From: Phoronis australis
Taxonomy: Eukaryota > Animalia > Phoronida
DNA length: 64,000 nucleotides
Direction: 5' to 3'
NCBI GenBank assembly: GCA_002633005.1
Contig: NMRA01000858.1
Span: 54,262-118,261, forward strand
The notes beneath the pieces are model-generated. The model saw only the letters and a program-made list of their open reading frames with translations, made no database searches and was not told the DNA's origin. Numbering within the stretch: position 1 is the first letter of the stretch; the number at the start of each line of letters is the position of its first letter. Shown in pieces: positions 25,524-38,176 of the stretch. The position numbers were made by a program, and so were the translations under genes.

Positions 25524-27278
25524 AAGAGTAAGTTCTACCGGTAATCAAATGTAAGCAATAGGGGAATTATTTATCATAGCATGGTTTGTATGTTAGTCTT
25601 GAAACATTTTGATTGGTGTTGTAGCAAGTTAGGACAACCTTTGAAATGTTGGCTTTTATTTTCCAACAAAATAATTAAAGGTAATCAAACTATTCTGCAA
25701 CTTAATGTGGAGTTTTACATGTATCTTGTTCCTGTATAAATACTTTGGAGATTTGTCTGTCAGGTGAATTTGTTTGCTACTTTTGAAAAATAGAATTTTA
25801 GAATCCCCTATTGTTGTTCGTTTTTGTATTTTACTCATTTATTGTCAACAGTTACGTCTAATTGTGGATCTGGTGTTATTTTTGATTCATTAAGTTACTC
25901 TCTTCTGTTATGCAAAAAAATCTTCAGTTTGGGACACAATATGGCTGAAACGTGAAATTAGATTTTGTCAAATTTTTCGACAAAAATAACTTATATGTAT
26001 GGTGTAGCTATTACCATCTAACAATATTTCATTAAATTTTGAGTACTTCCAACAGTGTGGTAATCCTCTGAAAACTAGAAATGTGGCAATTTAGCAATTA
26101 TTTTTGGCCGGAATTGAAGAACTCTTGCAGTATTAATGCCATATGTTAGAAATTTAAAAACACCTAATCTGTATTACAAAATTCAACCTCATGTCAAGCC
26201 TGTGATAGGATCCCTTTTCCATTTGTGACAGAATTTTTAGGCTGATGCTAAGGTATTTATTGCCTTCAAAGTGTCATTGCTTGGGAATTGTTTGGGGGTT
26301 CCCATTAGAACACACCAGACTTCCAGGTCTGTGCACTTGAAACTTGGTTGTCTGATTTGTCATGCCGAACTTGGTTGAGCCTCTTCAAAGCATGTGTTTT
26401 AGCTTAGAATATTGAAATATGCAATATGATAGCAAGTGAGAATTGAACTATAATGGAAACCTGTATGTTGATATACATGACTTGTTTACTATATACCATT
26501 TTTGCCTTGTTGACATATTTTTGTATTCTCATTTAAAGTTCAGTGTTTTTAAGGGTAAAGCAACCATTTTTTATGTTACGTTTTTGTAAAAATACAGATC
26601 TCTGGTTGTCTTTAAGACACAAATTTCCCTTTATTTTCTATTCCCTTGGCTATGTGTGCTATCCTTGGGACAATTAGAAAGTGGTGTAAATGGCCCGGGA
26701 AAACGTTTGCATCTTGATTGTGCATTCACTTCCATTGACTTGAGCACAAGTGGGTGAGTCATTTGTGTTTGCAGAACCAAGGTGCAAGCCCTTGTCTGAT
26801 CCATTCACTTTTTGTATTCTAGTATGCACAGTAAATACACTCTAGTGTATCCACATGGCAAATATTTTTCTAAGTTAGTCAGGGATCTTTTCTTTTACGA
26901 AAGGTAACATCAAAAACTGTTGCGTACATTCCACTTTAAGCCTATCATCTGGTCTTGGTGAGCATATAGTGCATTCACGGAACTTTCCTCACATACATGG
27001 AATTGGTGAAGATGTCAATGAGTGCTTAATAAATAAAACATTTTATTTGGATGAAATTTTTTATTTGACAGCTAATGTTTTTTAAATTTGCAATACCATG
27101 AAAAATAGAAACAACCATTGCCCAGCAAATTATACATGATTTGCAACAATGTAATGGACAAGTTGTGTTTACATTTGCTACTCCAAGAGGATTCGCCAGT
27201 TTTGATGAGAACTGTTGTGGAAAAATTTGTCAATTTGTGGTAGTTCCACAATCGTCCGTAGAGGGCACAACATGTTTT

Positions 27279-30200
27279 TCAACTTCCTCTGTAGGTGGAG
27301 TAACCATAGGGGTTCAGGAGAATAGGCACGTGGTGATGTGCGAAAGGGTCCTCCACACGAAATACAGTCTGAAAAAGGAATGTAAAAATGGAAACTTTTG
27401 TATGCATTAATACAATTGGCCGAAGCCTTCTAAACTACTAAAAAGTTAGTGTCTTTTGCTCATAGTTTTCAAGATTTATAGAGAAAATGGAAGCCTCTTG
27501 ACAATCTGAGAGTTTTTTCTTAGAGAGGAAATGGCTTTAAGGAAAAACATTTCTAATCGAGTATTCACAATCGTTCAGTATTCCCGCGAAAATGGCTTTG
27601 GTATGAAATGTTCAGGGTGTTTCATTAGCCTTTTTAGGACCTAAACATTGGTCTCACACCCTTTCCCCAGTACTCTTGTCGTGATACTCACATGGAATCG
27701 AGGGTGACGCCTGCCATTGATTTAGAATGGCAAAATTTTCGACGGGTTTGCCAATCCTGACACAATTGACCGCGTACTGGCTGTTGCCCCAAATGGTAGA
27801 TATATGTTTGGGGAATGAAATTGTATTTTATCCTGATATGATTGTGGTGTCTAACTTTTGTAAGCTGTTTCGTTATTAGCATTTTAGGAAGTAAGCAAAA
27901 GAGAAATGGGTTACACTGACACAGAAGTGAACATTTTGTACTCGTGCTGTAATTCTCGTTTTACCGATGGGATCTACTAAAAGGGGCCAACCAGCCCAGC
28001 TAACCTTCATGTAAGCCATGATTCTGAAACCGCGAAGCTGTACCGTGCTAAAATCGATCACTTTTTATGACTTGTTTTTTACACCCCTTTTTCTTTAAAC
28101 TGTTCTTTCACCGTTCCCAAGATATACACCAAATAATCACAAATTTCACACTTAATGCACATGGCAAGATAGACTAGGACGCGTTTGTCCTAAACAGCAA
28201 TGCACAACAATCATTTTTGTAGCGCCACCAAAATGTTAAAGTACTGAATTACCACTGATCAGATATTTTTTCTTCAGGATGAGCGAGTTGTAACACCGAA
28301 GGACTGTTACTCGGAAGATTATGTTATCAGAGACGCGAAACAGGCGGTGTGTTGTGTTCTTACTCCGAAGGGCTCGGAAGACTGTAACTTCGAAATAATA
28401 TGATAATTTACTATTTTTTTACGAACTCCGACTAAGTGACATCAATCTCGACATAATTATGGTTCACGACTGACGCTACAACTGATCCTAGCGTCACGCG
28501 CTTGCCGTTTTCATGCATCGAATTTAAAATTTGCGCTGGTGGTCTACCCGTTGTTGGTGTTCACGAAATAAAATTTTCTTTTTTCTGTCACCAGCATATT
28601 TACAAATTATGCAAAATTAAACAATTTTCAACGGGAAGATGCGAATTCGTGATGAAGTGTTAATCAAAAGCGATAACTATTGGTCCAGTTGCGAGCTACT
28701 TTTTAAATATTTCCCGGGTTGAAAGCTCCTGCGTTCGTAACACGTATACCTTTGCTTTGTTTTGTTAGTTTTCCTACTATTTGAGTTTTACATTTCAACG
28801 TTTCATGATTATTATGCGTAAAAACGCCTCGTAGTTCGATATTCTATTTCTGCAACACCATTTAACATTTGATTTTACTGCGCTGTCGGTAATTCCACGT
28901 CAACATTCACTTTGTTCCAATTTCACGTATATCGTACCTATATTCAGCTCTTACCATGTTTTTACCACGTTTTTTACTATGTTTTTTCATGTTTTTACCA
29001 TGTGTAAATAGTCGAGAGAAAGTTTATAGATTGAAGTTGCTATTGGAGAACGAACAGCAAACAGGCGATCGGTCATCGACCCTTTTCTGATCTGTGGTGT
29101 AAATATTAGAATAAAGAATTAACAAATCTTGTAAAGGCAGGGACCTCGGGTGTCGTCGTGGTCTCATTTATAAACTAGTGAAATTTGATATTAGTGACTT
29201 GTTTGTATGCACGTGATCGTATACTAATCTATGCGGAGAAATTTTCTACTGTGCTAATTCTTAGAAGCTATTTTTCCAATAAAAGCCAGGGGCTACTTGC
29301 GGTTCCCCATGATATCATAGCTCTACAGTACTATGGCTGAAGTAAATAAAAATCGGATCCCTTTGTCGTCGTAGTTTTGGGCTATAGTTCTCGGAAATAC
29401 AGCCGTCTCAGGCCCGAGGCCGTGTCTGCAGAGCATAAAATTAAGTGAATTTAATAATTTACATAAGAAACTTTACGGTAAAAGCACGCATGCTAATTGA
29501 TTGCATTGCGTACTACTAAATCATTTGAATAAATGAAAAATTCAATTAGACAAGATTAACAATGGGAACACTTAAACTATTTAGCTGATAAAGAAATCTT
29601 CATGACTACCTTCTTCATCTTCAGTAGAATCGGACAGAGTTAGAGTAGGCCAGCCTAGCATAACGGCTTCACATAGTGCATGACAAGGGCATCACGTTTG
29701 ACCACAAGAACACCTTAAGTGCACCACAGAATGTACAAAAATAGATGTTTGCCGATGTCTGGAATCTGGGTGTGGCCCCTGGGACCTTATAACGGGCCAA
29801 AATTGACCTAAGTTAGATATTCGATGTACCGGCCAAATCTGATTTAAAATGAACAATCGTACTACAATGAGCACCGAATCACCCATAACCGACAAATTGG
29901 ACTTTGACAAGGTCCCGCCAGAAACAAAAAATGGACCCCCAAGGCCATCCCAATTGCTGAGCAAGCTCAAACATTCGAGATACCACAGAAAACATCTCCA
30001 TATGATTCAGTACATGCCACTGGTCACTCAAATGCCATGTGACGAAATACATTCGGGCTCTCCAGAAATCACCCCCAATATAATCCATGGAATGTTGTTT
30101 TATGTGAGCTAGATCCAAAGTTTTTGATTGGATATTCTAGGTGCCGACTAAAACTGATTTAAAAGGAGCAATTGTGCCACAAAGAGCATCGAATGACTCT

Positions 30201-33200
30201 TGTCAAAATTGCATTCTGGAACAGCCCGCCAGAACCCCAGACGGACCCCGAGACATCTCAAAAACAATTCTACATGATTCGGTACATGCCACTGACCACC
30301 ACCGGTATATGTTGGGCGCAACAGATACTCTCTCATGTCTCACCAACAGAACGTTGTTGAAATTTTGAGCTATATTAGCTAATAAAAGGTACAGGCACAT
30401 ATTGAAAATGAACACTAAATGACCCAGTACAGTAAATCGCGGTCCGAAAAGCTCGTTCAAATGTTAGATGCACCACAAAAACAATGAACGAACGATAACT
30501 TGTACGCCAAATTGCCTTTGCCAAAAAAAAAAAAAATGCCCGCGTTCGACCCGGCCAAAACCCCAAAACAATTCACACACGGAAGCTGTTTCAGCTAATT
30601 TGAGCCAAATTAGATAATCGACGTCAATACCTGTTAACATTGATTTAAAGCAAACAGCTGAGTCAAGCAGAGCAAGTAATAACCGCGTCCTTTAAATTGC
30701 ACTCCAAAGTTACTTGACATGATCGGATACAGTACATGTGCAAAAATGACAGCGCACTTCGTCTGGCGAGGTTAACAAATTCTCAAATTATACCAGATCA
30801 CTCCTCTCATACCTTCCTCTTGGATTCTGATGTACAAAATAGGACCAAACGCAATGCCAAAACGCTAGTTGGTCAATATTACGGGGCTCCTCACTCCCAT
30901 TACAAAACGGAATTTTCTCAGTCAACTGATTTTTTTCTTTTCGATCGGTTATTTAAAAGGATATTCAGTTACCTTTCAAATGACTTGATTGTCATTGCAC
31001 TCTCTACATTATAAGACGAACTTGAAAGCTTTTTGCGAAACTGTTATCTTTATTGATATTACTAATATAAAATAAGCACACAGAGGATTAAGTGTCGCCT
31101 AAGATCTTACAATGCATAACACGTGTCATAGAACTGGAAATCATTTAACGGAAGGGGATTTTATTGTTCTTTTCAAGGCACATCTAATCAGTAACCAACT
31201 CGTTAAAATCCAGTAGCTGGCTATTATTCAAGTATGTAGAATTTCTTCTTTCCGGAAACAATTTTTCAGCTTTCATTAATTTCCGAAAAGTACAGGAATT
31301 ATCATATCCCCGGCTTATCATATCCCCGAATTTACGGCGGGGTAGCCCGGCGACACGGCTCAGTACGACTTCAGATCAATGTTACAATCACAAATTTAAA
31401 ACAAACAAACTGAAAAATCATTGCGATAAAAAACATGAGGCTGACTATATCGAGATATAATTATGGTGCATTTGCTAAATTTTGTAATCATTAAAGCCAA
31501 CTCCCTGGTCGTCAACAAAAATAAGTAACAAAAGTATCCTACCCTGGCTGAAGCAGGAGGGTTTAACTGCCTCTCGTGTGGTGGGGGTGCGATCGCAACC
31601 ATCTCGACCAGTCGACTACAGACATGAACTTCATTACTCGGCATCCAAATATTTTTGTCGCCTTCCCCCCTCCTCACTAATAATGTTCGGAGTGGCAGAA
31701 TTGTTCACTTTAAATCTAGTTTGGCCGGTACCTCGAACTCATATCTACTCAACAGCATGCCCTTTATAAGATTTTTTGTCGTTTCTGGTGGGCCAAACCC
31801 AACTAGAGTGTATTATTTTAGTCTCCTATAGGCCATTTAGCTATCAGCGGCATAAATCATATGAAGCACACCTGATATTTACTTCGGGTAATGGAGCAAG
31901 GGACAACACTGTGGCCCAGACAGAGGCTGGATAACACAAAAGCCGCATTTGCACGAGGCACGTGCAGTTGACACGGAGCTGCTGACACAGAACAGCTGAT
32001 CGGGCGCAACCTGTATGTGTGTAAATACGACTGACACAGAGCAAGTCTACACCACAGCAGCCATTTTTGACACCGGTTTGAGAAGTAGCTCAAGCAGCAG
32101 TCGATCAGTTGTTCCAATTTCAACTACACGTCTAAACACAAACTGGATCAAGGCGGAAAGGTTCATCTCTGTTACGCTTGCGCAATAGCGTATATAGGCC
32201 TACGGGTGATCCGCTACCTTCCGCGTGGTTTGGACGATCGCAGACAGTCGTGTAAATGACGCCTGCTGATCCAGCTTGTGGTCTAATGTCGTGTAAATGC
32301 GACTAAAGTACAGCAAGAAGCGCCGTGACAACTCGCGCAGCAACATCTGTTACCCGTGTAACATCTAACTGATCCAGTTTGCGATGTGACAACTCGCGTC
32401 GTGACAGGCAACACGTAGCCTAGGCAATAATATCGCCTGTAATTGGCTAGCTCCGTGAAAATTGATCCTCGTATAAAAACGATTAAAATGGTTCGTTTGG
32501 CATCAGGAGAAAACTAGGCAATGGGTGTGACAGTTGGTAAGACGCTAACTGCAACTTACTTCAACGTATGGGTAAAATGTATCCAGTCCTAGAGACGATT
32601 CGTACTCCTTCGTTTTGAAGTGTAACTTATACACTCCTTTCTTAAACTGGTTAGCTTGAACCAGATCCCTTATTCTTCCGTCGTTATCAGTCACTCTGTA
32701 ATATCCAACTCCAACATTAATACACTATTTGTGGAATCATTTAGGGATCGTCGCGACGTTTTAAAATTAAAGCGTACAAAACGTACTATTTTTGCTAGAT
32801 CCAGACTTCCCGTCCATAAAGAGTACTTCCGAAAAACTAATGTCACCCTCTAAGCCTTTGAGTGTCCATAGACGACCCCCTTATTTAAAGCGATTGTTGG
32901 AGATTTGCTTACACATTTCAATTTTCAACAACATTTTAAGGTGACAGCATGATGAGGCAGTGAAATAATTCTTTACTCCACTAACCACTCACTAATATCG
33001 TCCACAGACGTTTGCCGCAGCAATCCATTTTGTTGGTGGCAAACACTAGATGCTATGCTGCATGAGACGATTGACACCTGTTTTGAATGAGTGAAGTGAA
33101 TTTCTTATTACAATTCTCATAATGTTTACCAAAGTTTGAATGTCGCGCATTTTATTTACACTGGCTGTCAGTTGATACCTTGAGGATATTTGGGTCCAAG

Positions 33201-36200
33201 GAAGAGAGTTGTCGTAGGCAACAAAATTGCCAGACAAGCGGTAAAGTTGTGCAGTAATATTCGCCCCTGGAAGTCCTCGTCTGGTGTCAAGCACGTGCGT
33301 TGTTAATGGCGACGCTGAAGTTGGAGTCACGGGGGCTGATTTGCTGCGATCTGAAAATGAAACGGATGTTCCGGTTTCACACTTACGATTTTCCAGATTT
33401 TCAATTATTTTTCTGGTGCTGCACATAGGTTGCCCAAAATTTGTTAACAAAAACTTTATTAAAATCTGAAGTCCCAAGATATGTTTTTTTTTCTTAGTCC
33501 AGAAATCACAAAATTTGCTTTTCACAGTACGTAGAAAAAGCTAGAAAAAGTGCTATATTTGACTCTAATTATGTCAGTAGCTCGTACTGTAAACCACTTG
33601 TTTAAGAATCGGACTCTGATCAATCGCTTTTCAATGACATGCTTTTCTTAAAGAGAAGCCCAGAAAGAAATGCAAATGAAATTGCATTAATGAGTCACAA
33701 CCGCCCTTTCTCTTACAGAGAGGTCAGGAACGTGACAATTTGAAAGTTAAAAAAGAGTCTGGTTCTGGAGAAATTGCAATCGGACTTAAAATTCCAATTA
33801 TATGTTTGATTTTATTGTCAGTTTTATGAACTCATGTTTTTCATCAGTATGATTGTTATCTATTTGTGCCAATCCCGAAAAGTTATGCAAATGACTCATT
33901 TGTTCCTCTTAATGACAGGGGAATAATCCTTCTAAATTCCAGTTGGCATGGTCTACTCTAGTTTGCTAAATAACAGATTGGTTCAGCATGCCCTATCAAT
34001 TATCTTGGTCATGGGTGAGCAAAATGGCCTTATAAAAATCTTCTCGTTTGGACCTCTCGTTTGTTTTATCATTCATTATGAGAAACTGACTAAAACTCAA
34101 GCAAAGTACAGTTTCTTGCTTTATTGATTTTCAAAAGACTTTCGACTGGGTGGACAGTGACCTTCTTCTCCAGAAGCTGTTTTGGAAACAAGTTGATAGG
34201 AAATTGTATTTTGTCACTAAGTCTTTCCTCGTGAACACATCTGCTTGCTTCACATAGACAGTATGAACTGCGTTACTAATTGCTTTACAACAACTTCTGG
34301 GATTCTGCAGGGAGCTGTCTTGTCGACCACTTTATTAGGTATATTTCTGAATAATCTGGCAACCGAACTAAAAAACGCAAACGTCCAAATCAAAGTTGAT
34401 AAAGACTAAAAGGTAACTGTTTTACATTATGGGGATGATATTGTTCTGTTAGCAGAAAACGAGGTTATGCTGAACATGGTTCACCAATAGTGCTTTTAAA
34501 TGGAAACTGCGTGTTAATGAAAGTAAAACAAATATTCATTTTAGAAACAAATAGATCCCAGCTTCCGGTGTTTTGTTAAACTTAGGAGACACAGTCCTGA
34601 ATTATAAGACTACTTAGATGTATATTTTGACAAACTTTTAAATTTTGATACCAGTGCTAAAACTAGGATGGTGGAGAGCTTGGTGCGTTTATCTCGACGT
34701 TCACATTTAAGTACAAGACACATTAATAAACAAATATACTACTATTGTAGAAAGAAATCGAGTTTTGGCACCAAACGGCACTAACTCCAACACAGATATC
34801 GAAAAAAGCCCGCTGATAACGAAGATTTTTTCAACGCTGATGCGCCAAAGCGGAGAACGATTGAAAAGACTGCTTCTACGTTTTCTGCACTGGAAATTGT
34901 GTTGAAAATATAGAATGTAACACTTGAATGAGACACGCTCATTCTGGAAGAGAGTCAGTCGTGCCTTGCAAAATGAACGTAGTGAGTTCTGTAAAATGAT
35001 AAACACCGTAAAATTATTTTTGACGTTCATATACCAGAAATTGTTTTTTCACGCTGTTTTGGGACCTCTTTACATTGCCAGTTTTAAGTGAAGAGGCACC
35101 GCTTGTAACTAGAGATATGGCATGTGTTTTTCCGGCCATACAAATTCCAATAAATGCATACTTTCCTCGACGTTTTACGTAGTATCATTCTTTATGGCAG
35201 TAAAACAGCATAATGGCCCTAGGTAGTATTCAAAACATTCGGGACGAGTTTAAAGCCAATGGGTACAAAATCCTGACTGAGTAGGCCTATATATATTTAT
35301 TTATTCAATAACTAGGGCTCCGGTCCTCGTTACAATCAAATCATCAAATACAATACAGGTAAGTGTAAAAAATAGCAGTAATACGATCTCTTCTTCGCTT
35401 GAATGCGAAATAAACATATTTACATGTTGGCAACATATGACCTTATCCTTTATAGCCTGTTGAATTTTGTAATATTGGGATTGTTGTAGCTCCATACAGG
35501 CAAATACCATTTTCTATGGTCTTCTTAGAATGAACATTTGGTAACAAAATGATATTCTGGTTCGACACATAGCCTAATACAGAAAGGGCCATAATCTGTC
35601 TGGTCTGCCAAGTTTCAAGTGTCTACCCTTTTCATTCAGTGCATACGCTGAACATCTAATCATACCACATCAGATTTAACATTTACATTGTCAATTACAT
35701 CTAAATAAATTTCAAAACATATGTTTAATTTAAGAATTCTGTAAGTTTCCAGCGTATTCGAATTATACAAATTTTCTTGCCATTTTTGCTGATCAATATC
35801 TTTGCATCTCTGTCTAAAAATGATATGAAACTTGTCCAGGAACCTACACCCTGTATCACGAACCAAACTGAAATAGCAACTTCTTAACATCATTAACTCG
35901 GCAAAGATTATCAACATTTTCCGTCATATAGTACGATCTATGTGTGCTTGAACCACGAAGACGATTTGTTTTGATTGTGAAAACGTACTTACATTGCATA
36001 GCCACATAAACGACCACCGCGGCAACTGCTGCTCCGATGACGAACGATGCGAGGGAAAGAGCGAACAGCTTCCGTTTCGACCACTTCTGAAATTTTCAAA
36101 ACGTAAACATCATCTCTGCTGTTTTTAATACAATATCTTGTTTCAACTTTACATGGAAATTGAAATGAAATCCACGAACCTCGATTAATGCACTGTGTCA

Positions 36201-36231
36201 GCTGCTGCCAATTGAAACTTACCGATCCCAT
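27279..36231 (-). CDS. URAH: 5-hydroxyisourate hydrolase / transthyretin-like protein, paralog A, with N-terminal signal-anchor TM helix (166 aa, 5 coding exons)
   Basis: Exons 36231-36223, 36086-35993, 33350-33179, 32695-32560, 27368-27279, all GT-AG with consistent phases (0,1,2,0). Protein [166 protein letters not shown]. HIUase signatures THVLD, DGR, FYPYVE, HVP and C-terminal YRGS. Minus-strand AATAAA at 27060-27065. The last three exons are very secure; the two N-terminal exons are inferred. Confidence 0.88.
31941..32304. mobile_element. PIF/Harbinger-like MITE in the last intron of paralog A
   Basis: TIRs agccgcatttgcacga / tcgtgtaaatgcgact (14 of 16 match), 3-bp AAA flanks on both sides, internal repeats of cgtgtaaat. 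Confidence 0.6.
34115..34690 (+). mobile_element. LINE reverse-transcriptase remnant in an intron of paralog A
   Basis: [12 protein letters not shown]...[20 protein letters not shown]...[12 protein letters not shown]...[10 protein letters not shown], with stops and frameshifts. Confidence 0.85.
35520..35920 (-). mobile_element. LINE ORF2 C-terminal remnant
   Basis: [42 protein letters not shown] resembles the post-RT region of invertebrate LINEs. Confidence 0.55.
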
Positions 36232-38176
36232 AATTCACAGAACGCTCTCGCGGGTTGATTGCTCAGTGTGCGGAAGAAACGGGAAACTTATCTAAAGCAC
36301 TCGAGGATGACAAAAGAAATATGACAGATTGCCAGTGCTAGTTTCAGGAATTCGGCCTACATTAGATGACGTTGGTTGTGTTTATACTTCATCAACTTGA
36401 TTAAGGTAAGCTTATTAACAACTACACACTCTGCATGGATTTACAGGGAGGGACGACTCCTAACGACTTCATGTACAAATATTAAAGATTCAGTTCGGCC
36501 TTGCTATTACGAGTGTAAATCTTAAGCAACAGATATGTTGCTACATGGCTATTGTAAAGCAGAAAACGTTGTGTAGCTGTCCCAGGGAGCGGTCAAAAGC
36601 TGCTTTCTGCATTTTCAGCCGCAGGAGAAATGTTACCCACCCTGTACAAAGTATTAGGAAATCTATTTTAATCTTTGTTAATCCCCGAGTAGTAGTAGCA
36701 GTTTGTCTAAACACCAAAAGTGACGTAGTGTCGAGAAAAGGCGGATTTGTTCTCTTCTAACTGGCATTGGTCGTTTTCCCAAGATGATCGGATGACGTGG
36801 GGTTATTTTCTTAGTCACATGTTCAACCCCTTAACAACGCATTTTATATAGTACTGATCAGAACACATGCGCAACTGAACCGGTACTTGTTGCCATTGCA
36901 GGATCCCCAAGGTGAGTTCTATTTTCATGCTCTCAGTGTCTTGTAAAATCGTGCTCCATGGCAGAAAACGGAATCGTTACTGAAAGAGATCGATAACTGA
37001 AACGCAACATGTTCCACCGTAATCAGTATTTGCAAAACTGTTACTGTAGCGAAAGGCAATTACCTTGCACTCGTTCTCCTTTCGTTTCAACACTTACATG
37101 CATTGTGGATACCTGTACCGCGCATTTGAATTAGTCATGAGTAATGCCAACGTCTTCCTGTTAATAAAAGCTCGTAAGGAACAAAAATCCTAGAAATTCC
37201 ACAGGAAAAGCGTGATTTTACCTCTCTACACATAATTCTTTATTCGACAGAAGCGCTGGTATAAGTTCCGCGGACACGCACCAGGACGATCTAACAGTAA
37301 TAGGATTTATATTCGCTAACTGCGAAGCCATACCGAAGCTAGTTTACGGTGAAACAACACGTGAGGGTGAGATAAAAAGGTCATATATTTAACGACAAAC
37401 TAAACTACTACAGATATGGATAATTACAAACGTTATATAATATGTTGAGCTGTAAAGGTGGTTGACAATCTGCTACAGATGCAGCAGAAGGATGCATCCG
37501 CCCAATAATTACACCATCAGAGATTTCACTGATCGCATTTTCTGACACGAAATTCATATTTTCCAACTGTTTTTGTTCGTTTGTTTGTTTGTGCTTGGGT
37601 ATCAAATTGTCACTTTAGATCATGCACATGCCGACACGAGTTCTTGTACACTCTTTGAAGTCTTTTACGGCACTCTCAAATCACTGTTCGAAATTGTGAC
37701 GTCAATTTTCACGCTGCGCTTCACGATTCATTTGTAAAGTTGACTCACAACAAATCATTCGTTCACAGTTTTTCTCAATTTCCTGATCTGTTTCCTCAAT
37801 ATCTTCGATAACTGATCATAGCTGGAGTTCCTAAGGTTACCTAGGAACGTTTTGGGCATTTGGGAACTTAAACTTGTTTTACTTTTATCACTTGTTTTGT
37901 CTTTACTGATGACGAATTTGTGTTACTCATGGGGAATTCAAACCGCGGGTTATTGATTTATCATAACATGAACCGCAATTGCCTCAAACTCACGTTGTCT
38001 AATTTATAATCGTTACACAATAAGCGCCATTTTCAGATCGTTGATTAAAACTCTTTCTTTGAATAACAACTAACATTAATTAGAAATCATATCTTGACAA
38101 TCTTTCAGTCGTCTACCATCGAGTGCTGGTTTTGTGAATCGGCATATGCAGTGCTAAAAGGGAAGTTTACAGAGTC
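36232..38176. promoter_or_regulatory. Putative bidirectional promoter / 5' UTR region between the two HIUase-like genes
   Basis: Divergent ATGs at 36231 (minus) and 38177 (plus). A splice acceptor tttacag lies just upstream of the plus ATG, and strong plus-strand donors (aag|gtaagc ~36405, aag|gtgagt ~36911) suggest a non-coding first exon. Inferred from gene geometry only. Confidence 0.4.

Noticed and set aside
28279-28406. Plus-strand exon-like segment ([15 protein letters not shown]...CNFEII) nested in the paralog A intron
   Set aside because: Good acceptor, but no partner exons or recognisable domain were found.
36070-36231. Resemblance of MGSKWSK to the N-terminus of lentiviral Nef (MGGKWSK)
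   Set aside because: A seven-residue match is explained by a shared myristoylation consensus; there is no other similarity.
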